A stretch of DNA of 64,000 nucleotides from an uncultured Chlamydiae bacterium (GTDB taxonomy: Bacteria; Chlamydiota; Chlamydiia; Chlamydiales; JAJFMB01). The notes under the pieces are model-generated. The model was given only the letters and a program-made list of their open reading frames with translations, had not been told where the DNA came from and did not search any database. A program made the position numbers and the translations under genes. Below, piece after piece: positions 1 through 8,637 of this stretch (positions are counted from its first letter, which is position 1; each line of letters opens with the position of its first letter). The stretch covers positions 1 to 64,000 of the forward strand of contig CAVOJR010000002.1 in NCBI GenBank assembly GCA_963696295.1. The letters are read 5' to 3'.

Positions 1-1
1 G

Positions 2-184
2 GACCGAAATCAGATGGAGAAGCTGATCGACCTTTTTCTAAAATTTCAGTCTGATCCCATGTTAAAGGATTCAGATGGAAAGAGTGTTTTTTTCAATGCT
101 ATCTATGACAATGATTATAAACTAATTGAGAAATTCCTTTCCGCTGCGGAAATTCAAATAGTGCAATTTAAGAGAGCGGTTTGA
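2..184 (+). CDS. 3' end of an ankyrin-repeat-like protein (partial, runs off the window start)
   Basis: Manual translation gives LIDLFLKFQSDPMLKDSDGKSVFFNAIYDNDYKLIEKFL, an ankyrin-like pattern; stop at 182-184. Confidence 0.5.
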   Translation, partial: DRNQMEKLIDLFLKFQSDPMLKDSDGKSVFFNAIYDNDYKLIEKFLSAAEIQIVQFKRAV

Positions 185-380
185 ATGTAGTGACTAGTTC
201 GAGCGGAGAGCGCGGATTTGCCTCCTTATTTTCGCTTATATAATCTCGCTTTTTACCTTCATTCAACCCGCGCTCCGGTTAACGGCATAAATAATGAAAA
301 TTCCTTTTGCGCCAGAATCCTTATAAGCTTAAAATTCGCTAGGAACTGAAATGCCTAAAAAGTCAGAGAGGTAAAGTACA

Positions 381-1394
381 ATGTGCGCGTCAATTAATCG
401 TCAAATTATTCTCGAATCCCGTCCACTCGGTATGCCAACCCTGTCAAATTTTAAACTTAGGGAATCTTCTATTCCAGAACCTAAAACAGGTGAAGTACTT
501 ATAAACTCTTTGTACTTATCTGTAGATCCTTATATGCGAGGTCGAATGAATGACCGCCCCTCCTATATTCCACCTTTTCAGTTGAACCAATGCCTTACAG
601 GAGATGTTGTTGGTAAAGTAGTACAATCAAAAAATGATAGTTTCAAGTCTGGTGATATTGTATTGGGCCGTCTTGACTGGGCAGATTATTCTATTGCCAA
701 TGGTAATGACTTACAAAAAATCAATCCAAATGATGCCCCAATGGAAATGTCGTTAGGTATTTTAGGAATGCCAGGAATGACAGCTTATTTTGGTTTACTC
801 GATATTGGACAACCCAAAACGGGGGAAACTGTCGTAGTGTCTGGGGCTGCAGGTGCAGTTGGGATCATTGTAGGGCAAATAGCAAAAATTAAGGGATGCC
901 GCGTCGTAGGTATTGTTGGTAGTAACGATAAGGCGGACTATTTAACCAAAGAACTAGGATTTGATGCAGCGGTGAATTACAAAAATTCCGATTATGCTGA
1001 AAAACTTAAAATTGCTTGCCCTCAAGGAGTTGACGTCTATTTTGATAATGTAGGAGGAGATATTACAGATCAAGTTATGAAACAGATCAATTGGCACTCC
1101 CGAATAGTGCTTTGTGGTCAAATTTCGATGTACAATCTTGAAAGCCAAGATGTAGGTCCTCGAAATTTCAGAATTCTGATCGTCAAAAGCGCCCTCGCAA
1201 AAGGATTTATTGTATTATTAGATTATAAAGAGCGATTTCCCGAGGGAATATCACAAATGGCGCAATGGATTAAACAAGGCAAAATTAAATACAAAGAAAG
1301 CATAGAGAGAGGCTTGGAAAATGCTCCTAAGGCATTTATAGGGCTTTTTACAGGAGATAATATCGGTAAACAGCTTGTTAAAATTGCAAATTGA
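381..1394 (+). CDS. NADP-dependent oxidoreductase, MDR superfamily (CurA/YncB, prostaglandin-reductase-like)
   Basis: YLSVDPYMRGRM, LGMPGMTAYFGL, SGAAGAVG, YFDNVGG and C-terminal NIGKQLV motifs. Confidence 0.93.
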   Translation: MCASINRQIILESRPLGMPTLSNFKLRESSIPEPKTGEVLINSLYLSVDPYMRGRMNDRPSYIPPFQLNQCLTGDVVGKVVQSKNDSFKSGDIVLGRLDWADYSIANGNDLQKINPNDAPMEMSLGILGMPGMTAYFGLLDIGQPKTGETVVVSGAAGAVGIIVGQIAKIKGCRVVGIVGSNDKADYLTKELGFDAAVNYKNSDYAEKLKIACPQGVDVYFDNVGGDITDQVMKQINWHSRIVLCGQISMYNLESQDVGPRNFRILIVKSALAKGFIVLLDYKERFPEGISQMAQWIKQGKIKYKESIERGLENAPKAFIGLFTGDNIGKQLVKIAN

Positions 1395-1587
1395 ATTTCA
1401 CAAATTAAGAACTGAAGGGCTTTCCTATTTTCAAATATTTCCCTTTGTCCGGTCTTTTCGATCGCCTCCTTTTGCACATCAAAGGCATAGACGGCGCGTG
1501 CGCGTTTCGCCCTTGTCGCAAGCCCCATCCCAGGTCCTCCTTTGTCAAAAGGGCGCAGCACTCAAGCGATTTCCAGGTGAAGGTTAA

Positions 1588-2265
1588 ATGAAAAAAGGTT
1601 ATGATGCATTTCTTTCTATTAGGTCATACATGAAACCACTTAAAGGCTTAAAGTACTTCCTTTTTTTCTTCCCCTTATTTCTTGCGGCCTCTGACTTTGA
1701 AATTTGGGTGGATGGACAAACCCAGTTACCGGTCAAAGGGAAGGTGACTTTCGAGTACCGCTACTCTTACCGCAGCGACCAAAATGCCAGCCGCCTTTAT
1801 TACATCTATTATCAGGGCAAGCTGATTTTACCGATGGGAGAAAACTGGTCCATAGCTCCCGGCTATAGGCAAGTGTTTCTATTGCTGCCCACAGCCTCGG
1901 GGGGAGATAAATGGGTACCCCAGTATCAGCCGATTTTCGATTTTATCAAACGGGGGAAGCTGAGAAGGGCGGATTGGGTGTTCACCCACCGGTTTCAGTA
2001 TGATACGCCGAATAAGAGATGGGAGATTAGAGATCGAATCCAGATTAAATTACCAAAGATAAGCTTTTTTCGCCCCGTGTGGTATGAGGAGATTTTTTAT
2101 GATTTATTTACAGAGATCGTACAGCATCGCCACTATTTTGGCTGCGAAGCCGAATTTCCCAAAGATTTTAGGTTCCGAGTAGCCTATTTGCTCCGTTATT
2201 TGAAGTTATTAGGGACCTGGAACCAATCTAATGTCCTCTTTTTCGAGTTCTTTTACACTTATTGA
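1588..2265 (+). CDS. Putative outer-membrane beta-barrel protein (DUF2490-like)
   Basis: Hydrophobic N-terminal signal, alternating aromatic beta-strands, EEIFY motif, terminal aromatic residue. Confidence 0.55.
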   Translation: MKKGYDAFLSIRSYMKPLKGLKYFLFFFPLFLAASDFEIWVDGQTQLPVKGKVTFEYRYSYRSDQNASRLYYIYYQGKLILPMGENWSIAPGYRQVFLLLPTASGGDKWVPQYQPIFDFIKRGKLRRADWVFTHRFQYDTPNKRWEIRDRIQIKLPKISFFRPVWYEEIFYDLFTEIVQHRHYFGCEAEFPKDFRFRVAYLLRYLKLLGTWNQSNVLFFEFFYTY

Positions 2266-2426
2266 GCAACTCTTTGCTGCTCGCAAATCGACCGTGATGT
2301 GAAATGGGATCTCCTCCCCGGGGAATTTGGCCGCCAGGGATGTATTTTCTTCTCGAAGATAAAATGACTTGGCCGGTGCAGCCGAACAGGAAAGGGCATT
2401 AATGACAAACGGTTTTTTCTTCTTTC

Positions 2427-3287
2427 TCAATCAAGGTACCAAAGATCGGCGATCTCTTCTCGCCGGCAGATCCACACCTCGTCAAACGATTTGATATATT
2501 CGATAAAGCCGCGCAGCGCCTCGATTCTCCCCGGCCTGCCTGACAGGCGGCAGTGCAGCCCGATCGACATCATTTTGCCCCCTTCCCGGTATAAACAATC
2601 GAATGAGGCTTTCAGGTATTGAAGAAAATTCCCGCCGTTGCACCAGCCAGGCGACGTCGCGTAGCGAAAATCATTTGTATCGAGGCTATAAGGGATGATT
2701 AAGTGTTTGCGCTCCCCCACATTCACCCAGTAGGGCAAGTCGTCGGCATAGCTGTCGGAGTCATACTTGAGCCCTGCCTCCACCACTAATTTGCGCGTAT
2801 TCGGGCTGATCCTTCCCGTGTACCACCCCTTCATTTCTTTCCCGAGGTTCCGCACAATCCCGATCGTTTTCAGGATATGTTCCCGCTCAATCGCTTCCCC
2901 TACCGAGTGATAGTCGATCCAGCGGTAGCCATGCCCGGCGATTTCATGCCTGGACTCCTTCAGTTTCAGGGCCAGCTCTCCGTTGCGTTCCAGAGCCAGA
3001 CCCGTGGCAAACAAAGTAATTGGAATTTGGTATTCGTCGAAAAGTCTCAATATGCGCCAGACCCCCGCGCGGCTGCCATATTCGTAAAGCGATTCCGCGT
3101 TCAGATGGCGCCCCGTTATAGCCGTCACGCCCGGCAGATCGACCAGAAAGGCTTCCGATTGCGCGTCTCCATCCAGCACGCACTCCTCGGCCCCCTCCTC
3201 GTAATTCAGGACGAAGTTCACCGCAATGCGCGCCGGCCACATCCCTTTTGGCGGCCGTTCTCCATAGCCAATAAAATCGCGTTCCAT
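2427..3287 (-). CDS. puuE: Allantoinase PuuE (polysaccharide deacetylase family)
   Basis: RDFIGYG, NFVLNYEEGAE, ESLYEYGSRAGVWR, HGYRW, GWYTGR, DSYADDLPYW and MMSIGLHCRLSGRPGR motifs. Confidence 0.92.
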   Translation of the reverse strand: MERDFIGYGERPPKGMWPARIAVNFVLNYEEGAEECVLDGDAQSEAFLVDLPGVTAITGRHLNAESLYEYGSRAGVWRILRLFDEYQIPITLFATGLALERNGELALKLKESRHEIAGHGYRWIDYHSVGEAIEREHILKTIGIVRNLGKEMKGWYTGRISPNTRKLVVEAGLKYDSDSYADDLPYWVNVGERKHLIIPYSLDTNDFRYATSPGWCNGGNFLQYLKASFDCLYREGGKMMSIGLHCRLSGRPGRIEALRGFIEYIKSFDEVWICRREEIADLWYLD

Positions 3288-3324
3288 AGGCTCAAGCTAC
3301 AATTTAAGCGAAAAATTGTAAACT

Positions 3325-3747
3325 TTAATGCAGGCTTTTTACGAACGTGTAGATACTTCCTCTTTGCTCGATAATTTTTTTCGAAAGCAAGCTTTCAAAT
3401 TGTCTTTTACAATTTCGCTCATTTTTGTGAGGGAATCTATCAGCGACAGAGCTCCAAAAACTCCTCCCTACCCCGGATTGAGAAATTTCATTAATGGTTT
3501 TGATTAAGAATCTTTTTTCTCTGGAAGACCATGGAGAATTAGAAGGTTTTCCCTTAGGCAATTCCAAATCGCGCAATTTCTGAACCATCTCCAGATTAGC
3601 CTGATGCTCAAGTGTTTTGAACATTTGCTCTTGGCGCCACAACTGGTATTTGCCATGAAAATCAACATCTTCAATCAACTTGGAGCAGGGGGGGAAAGGG
3701 AAATTGTATGAAGTACTTGGAAAAAAACTATAATTATTAATACACAT
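3325..3747 (-). CDS. Myb/SANT-like HTH protein, paralogue 1
   Basis: PWSSREKRFL...FWSSVADRF...NCKRQFESL; shares a PCSxLI motif with the two neighbouring ORFs. Confidence 0.6.
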   Translation of the reverse strand: MCINNYSFFPSTSYNFPFPPCSKLIEDVDFHGKYQLWRQEQMFKTLEHQANLEMVQKLRDLELPKGKPSNSPWSSREKRFLIKTINEISQSGVGRSFWSSVADRFPHKNERNCKRQFESLLSKKIIEQRGSIYTFVKSLH

Positions 3748-3755
3748 AAATACTC

Positions 3756-4205
3756 CTATCCGCCGTTGTTATTTCTTAAATAATAGGTATCGCCCTGTTT
3801 CTGAATGATGTTATGCGCAAGCAAGTTTTGAAATTGAGAACTGCAAGCATTGGAATTTTTGTTTAATTGAGCAGCGATAACTTTCCAAAATCCGCGCCTC
3901 CTTCGTGTTGTCCTCCCTGGCTTATCCAGTTCATTTACAAGGCTTACTAAGCGGCATTTGTCTTCATGAGTCCATACCTGGCCAGTCTCTGCAGGCCTCG
4001 AAAATAGCATAGCCGCCCAAGCGTGCAATTCCTGCGGCATGCACTTAGCCTGTTGAGCTGCGCGCGCTTGCTCCATGAGCATCAATTGGTAGCGAGCGTG
4101 AAAATTTACCCTCTTTATCAACTCGGAACAGGGGGTAAAACGAAAGTCTCGATGTTGTTTTTTGAATGGATCTATCAGCAGACCATTGTCAAATGTATTA
4201 ATCAT
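3756..4205 (-). CDS. Myb/SANT-like HTH protein, paralogue 2
   Basis: VWTHEDKCRL...FWKVIAAQL...ACSSQFQNL; basic RRRR patch. Confidence 0.6.
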   Translation of the reverse strand: MINTFDNGLLIDPFKKQHRDFRFTPCSELIKRVNFHARYQLMLMEQARAAQQAKCMPQELHAWAAMLFSRPAETGQVWTHEDKCRLVSLVNELDKPGRTTRRRRGFWKVIAAQLNKNSNACSSQFQNLLAHNIIQKQGDTYYLRNNNGG

Positions 4206-4254
4206 AATAACTCATAAATTAAAAGATCTTACTGCAAAAAGCCATTAAATGACT

Positions 4255-4725
4255 TCACTTATTTACAAAAAAAACATTTCCTTGCTTTTGAATAATATTG
4301 TCCTTAACCAATCTTCTAAATTTCAGGTCACATGCCCTTTGCGTTAAGTTTAGTTTATCACCAACAGCCTTCCAAAAACCAGGATTCCGTTTCCCTATCA
4401 CGAAGGGCTTTTCCCGTGCAGTTTGATTAATTGTGCTCACTAAGCGGTCAATTGCTTCAGCTGTCCAATGGGCCCGCCGCGCAGAAAGCACCCGTGCTGC
4501 CCATTTAAGCACTTCCGGAGCCCTTTCCAGCTTAGTCCGGCGCTCCTGTGCTTTGGCCGCTTCCGTCTGCCTCCACAACTGGCATTGCGCCTGAAAATCA
4601 ACTTTTTGAATCAATTCGGAGCAGGGAGGTAAAGGACCCGATGGATTCACTTCAGAATCGGGTGTTCTCGTATTAGCTGTATATATGTTATTTGAATTGT
4701 GCTGGACATAATTATGAACATGCAT
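4255..4725 (-). CDS. Myb/SANT-like HTH protein, paralogue 3
   Basis: HWTAEAIDRL...FWKAVGDKL...ACDLKFRRL. Confidence 0.6.
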   Translation of the reverse strand: MHVHNYVQHNSNNIYTANTRTPDSEVNPSGPLPPCSELIQKVDFQAQCQLWRQTEAAKAQERRTKLERAPEVLKWAARVLSARRAHWTAEAIDRLVSTINQTAREKPFVIGKRNPGFWKAVGDKLNLTQRACDLKFRRLVKDNIIQKQGNVFFVNK

Positions 4726-5106
4726 AAAAAACTCCCATTAAATTGAATAAGGCAATTAGTTTACCGCAAGGTGAGGATAAATGCAAGGGGTGGATTTAGT
4801 GGTTATCAGACTAGGTGGTCTTGGGGGTATATGTTATGCTAAAGTATCAGAAAAAAAGTGTGTTCAATGTAGTAGTAGTCCTAAGAGAGGGGACTACTTC
4901 AGCTTGATGCTTATTTTTTTGTGTCTCTTTTTGTTACACTAATCCATTTTCATTAAAAGTGTGCAGGAGATGAGGTGAGGGTTTCGAGTTAATTCAAATA
5001 TTGATGGAGGTCTTCTGTCAAATACCATCCTAGAATAATCTGCAACGCTTGCTCTTTTTAAAAGGGGATGATAACGTTGTCTCTCTATTACATTTTGGAA
5101 TGATTT

Positions 5107-5322
5107 ATGCCCATTGAGACTGGAATACCCAAAAAATCCAAAACGACTGTTTACATGACTGACGAAGAGAAAACCATATTGAACGAGCTGTTTATTAAAA
5201 GACTAAGAGAAAAACGAATAACAGATAAATCGGCTCTCTTATGCGAAGGAATTCGTTTGTTATTCGTGAAGGAAATTGAATCATTAAATAATAAACAGTG
5301 TGTCTGTAAACAAAAAAACTAA
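5107..5322 (+). CDS. Small ribbon-helix-helix-like DNA-binding protein
   Basis: KTTVYMTDEE beta-strand followed by two helices (KSALLCEGIRLL). Confidence 0.5.
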   Translation: MPIETGIPKKSKTTVYMTDEEKTILNELFIKRLREKRITDKSALLCEGIRLLFVKEIESLNNKQCVCKQKN

Positions 5323-7015
5323 TGCTCATATGAAGTTATTCCGAAGAATAAATCTAAGCCATATTCAACCACCCCTATCATTTATGAAGTTTGATAGGCT
5401 CTTCCAGCATTTGATTGATCAGCTATATCAACCAAATTCTAAGAATACCATATTGATTCTGGCTCAAGCAGGTAACCGCTTTCATAAAACCATGCATAAA
5501 AACAGCTGGGAAGATGCGGATAAAGAGCTAATAAATACGTATTGTAGCGGATCATCACGGGAGCAAGTGTTAAAATTCAAAGAACTAAATCCTGATTTCG
5601 TCCTTTTTACACCTATGACTTTTCGACTAATTCACCATCTCTTAGTTCATAATGTTGATTGTAGCTCAAAAACAACTCAATCTGACCACGCTAGCCCTAA
5701 CATTGACAAATCAATAGATTATACCTATGATAAATTCTCTCTGGTCGGGGTATGCCTAATTGCTAATCAAATTCTTGAACACGTAGATTCCTCTGTAATG
5801 CAATTACCAATTGCATCGCGAGAAATTAGAAATTATTACTTAAGATGTCTTACGGATCCAATAAGTGCAATTAGCAGAGCCCGCATGTACGACTGTCCAT
5901 ATTTCAGCAACAAACTCGAAAGTATGTATGATATATCTGCTAAGGAACTTATAGATGCTGTTTTTGATTTTTTTGTACACGTTACAAGCAAAGATCCTGC
6001 TATAATTAATGCTGACCTCTCATTTAATAGTTTTTTAGAAACAGAAAAGACAGAAGTCGCTCAAGACGTTCTCCACATATTAAGTCAAAAATACTTAGGA
6101 ATCCCTATCCCTCTTAATAAATTAATTGAAAACCTATGCGACGATTTATATTTGGATCGCTATTGCCGAGGAAAACCTTTTATCCAAGTAGAAGAACAAT
6201 ACTACTGCTTTAGACCAGATCTAATAGACAACACACTAGCAGACCTTCCATTTCATCTTATTTTTACTAAGTTGCTTTCTGAGAAATCTGATACGAACAA
6301 GTTAAAAGATGAAAGAGGAGTTGCCTATCAAAATTATCTTTGCTCAGTAACCCGTTCAATACTTGGAGAAGGGAATTGTAAAAACATAAATCTTAAGAAA
6401 AGCGGAGAATATGGCGACCTGATTATTGAAATATCCCATCAAAAGGTGCTAATACTAGAAGTAAAGCTTGCAGATCCTCAAGAATCACTGAGAAAAGGCG
6501 ATGTTGAAGAAATGAAGAAACGCTTTTTAATTCCACAAAAAAGAAATCGTGGCGGAAAGGAGGTCCCAGGGCCTCTTCAGTTAATGCAAAGAGCGGTAGA
6601 ATACAGAAATATATTTAACTATACTGGCATCATTCAGACTGCAGTGATTTTTTATGGGTGGTTTCCAGAAATTGGCATTTTTGATGATCTCTATATAGAT
6701 TTAGTCAAAAAAAATGAGATTTGTACACAATATGAGGCTGAAAAGAACAACTCCCCTTTAATTTTAATGAATGGGTTTACTTGGGAGCTCATTCTTAGCT
6801 ACATCAAACAAAAAGCCGATCTTGGAGCTATTAAGTTATATGAATTAGACTCTATTATTGATGCTTTAAAAATCCAGGCTAATTTCCCATCTACAACATC
6901 ATCCAGTGTTGAGACGTACATTAAATCTCAAGGACTTCATTTTTCAGTTTATCCTTTATTTGAAAAAATAATAGCCGGTCGTTTTGATATCAGTCGCAAA
7001 AGTTTAAAAAGATGA
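5300..7015 (+). CDS. Hypothetical protein with a C-terminal PD-(D/E)XK nuclease-like domain
   Basis: 571-aa ORF; RGVAYQNYL...GEYGDLII...LILEVK motif. Confidence 0.55.
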   Translation: MSVNKKTNAHMKLFRRINLSHIQPPLSFMKFDRLFQHLIDQLYQPNSKNTILILAQAGNRFHKTMHKNSWEDADKELINTYCSGSSREQVLKFKELNPDFVLFTPMTFRLIHHLLVHNVDCSSKTTQSDHASPNIDKSIDYTYDKFSLVGVCLIANQILEHVDSSVMQLPIASREIRNYYLRCLTDPISAISRARMYDCPYFSNKLESMYDISAKELIDAVFDFFVHVTSKDPAIINADLSFNSFLETEKTEVAQDVLHILSQKYLGIPIPLNKLIENLCDDLYLDRYCRGKPFIQVEEQYYCFRPDLIDNTLADLPFHLIFTKLLSEKSDTNKLKDERGVAYQNYLCSVTRSILGEGNCKNINLKKSGEYGDLIIEISHQKVLILEVKLADPQESLRKGDVEEMKKRFLIPQKRNRGGKEVPGPLQLMQRAVEYRNIFNYTGIIQTAVIFYGWFPEIGIFDDLYIDLVKKNEICTQYEAEKNNSPLILMNGFTWELILSYIKQKADLGAIKLYELDSIIDALKIQANFPSTTSSSVETYIKSQGLHFSVYPLFEKIIAGRFDISRKSLKR

Positions 7016-7365
7016 CCACATCCCTGAAAGAGGTTGGTGTGCTCTACCCGATCGAAGAAGGCGTCTTTGGCATCAAAGGTTTTTCAGGGGACAAGGCCAA
7101 TTTCAGTTTTGATGAAATCCGCATGCTACTTATTAGAAACGGCTATTCCGATAAAGCTGTGATTTCGACGAAGCTCATAGAAATTTATTTATGTCAAAAT
7201 AAGAATCTTGAACGTGAGATCCAACAGCTGTCCGACAAAAAGCTCATGAACGATGAATCAAACAAGCTCATATACATGCTGAAAATGACCCCAGTAGCGG
7301 AAAATACAAACAAAGTCCTGAAATACGAGCGCTCGCTACAAAAGTCGATCTTTCAAAACTGCTGA
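7012..7365 (+). CDS. Hypothetical protein
   Basis: 117-aa ORF with an ATGA overlap to the upstream gene. Confidence 0.55.
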   Translation: MTTSLKEVGVLYPIEEGVFGIKGFSGDKANFSFDEIRMLLIRNGYSDKAVISTKLIEIYLCQNKNLEREIQQLSDKKLMNDESNKLIYMLKMTPVAENTNKVLKYERSLQKSIFQNC

Positions 7366-7440
7366 AAAAACTGCAGGAGGTATTTTAGGAATGGGTTTGT
7401 TTTGGAAAAAACATCAAACCGTCACGGGGGATTGACACCG

Positions 7441-8637
7441 TTAGTTCAATAAGCCATTGACCCTATTGGGCCATCCTGTGTCAGGATCGTACAGCAGGCA
7501 TTTGATCCCCAAGCGATCTAACGCTTCATGAACGAACTTCTCTAAAGCGGCGTCTTGAATTTTATGCATGATCAAGGAAGTATCCAAAGGCTCGTAGTCT
7601 ATTGCCATCGCGTTGGCATAACAGGCTATCTGAAATGCTCCATTGGCTGCTTGGGCGATTATGTTCAGGGATGTAGAACTTTTGATCTCGAATATCTTCC
7701 TCCGCCCGTTCAAGGATATCATGAGGTCGATCGAAGCGGATTCATAGGGTGACAATCCCTTTTCTTTCAAATAGAAGGCGATGTCGCGCAACATGGCCTG
7801 ATGAAGTTTTTCAGCCGCTTCAGTCTTTCTCAGCGCACTCTCCAAGTCAGACAACATGTCATTGGACGGCACGAACTCTCTAGCATATACCGTTTCAGGG
7901 TTGATTTCGGTGAAGTTGAGGTCTACGCTCTTCGTAATGAAGGTTACTGTCTCTTCCACTACTGTTTTCGAACTACGCATCGCCTGGGTTAGAACGGTGA
8001 AGGGATCGCCCTTTCTTAAAAAGTCCGTTACGACAGAAGAATCAAATTCATGAAGGGCTAATAGATGGGCGGCAAAATTACCGAAAGGCCCCAATCTTGC
8101 CCCCGTTCCGGTGTCCCAAATTCGGTCGAGGGGAAACGCCTGCACTATTTGCGACAAAGCCGCCTTTGCCAACCCTTCTCCTTTTTTGGACAGAGTATCA
8201 AATTTTACTCTTTTCAGAATTGCGTTAGTGGGTTCGGCGAGTTTGACCTGGATCGTTTTAGAAACCAAGTTCTTCAACCTACTTATCGAATCTTCAGCTA
8301 TCTGTAGAATGCCGGTTCCCTGGCTTTGAAAGTCCGACAATGAATACGGCCTTGCTTCCTCAAAAGTTGAACTGAGGCGAAACGAGGCAGCTGTGTCACA
8401 TGATATTAGGAAGTCATCCGCATGGTAGCCTTCGCTGAACTTTTCTACCTTCTTAACGGAAACGACAGCTATGCATCGATCCTCAACGCCGCGCAGTATG
8501 ATCCAAAGCCTTTTTCCTCGTAGGCTTCTTTCTTCGTCATGCATCTGCCCCTGTGGGATTATGTAATTGGGAGAAACCCCGCCGTTACCAAGCGATGACT
8601 GCTTTTCTGCGGGTATGATCCAGACAAAATCAGACAT
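7441..8637 (-). CDS. PD-(D/E)XK-family endonuclease (C-terminal) with an uncharacterised N-terminal domain
   Basis: EKLHQAML...SIDLMI...KIFEIKS...GAFQIACY; probable start ATG at 8637 (MSDFVW) overlapping the SNF2 stop; the ORF track extends it to 8661. Confidence 0.7.
   Translation of the reverse strand: MSDFVWIIPAEKQSSLGNGGVSPNYIIPQGQMHDEERSLRGKRLWIILRGVEDRCIAVVSVKKVEKFSEGYHADDFLISCDTAASFRLSSTFEEARPYSLSDFQSQGTGILQIAEDSISRLKNLVSKTIQVKLAEPTNAILKRVKFDTLSKKGEGLAKAALSQIVQAFPLDRIWDTGTGARLGPFGNFAAHLLALHEFDSSVVTDFLRKGDPFTVLTQAMRSSKTVVEETVTFITKSVDLNFTEINPETVYAREFVPSNDMLSDLESALRKTEAAEKLHQAMLRDIAFYLKEKGLSPYESASIDLMISLNGRRKIFEIKSSTSLNIIAQAANGAFQIACYANAMAIDYEPLDTSLIMHKIQDAALEKFVHEALDRLGIKCLLYDPDTGWPNRVNGLLN

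Noticed and set aside
2877..3374. Antisense and alternate-frame ORFs (also 9237..9569, 16175..16510, 29733..30767, 57994..58850 and similar)
   Set aside because: They overlap well-supported genes and have no motifs; treated as shadow ORFs
4793..4860. Further dif-like half sites (also near 14310, 39322, 45712, 60643)
   Set aside because: Only one arm matches; expected by chance in AT-rich DNA
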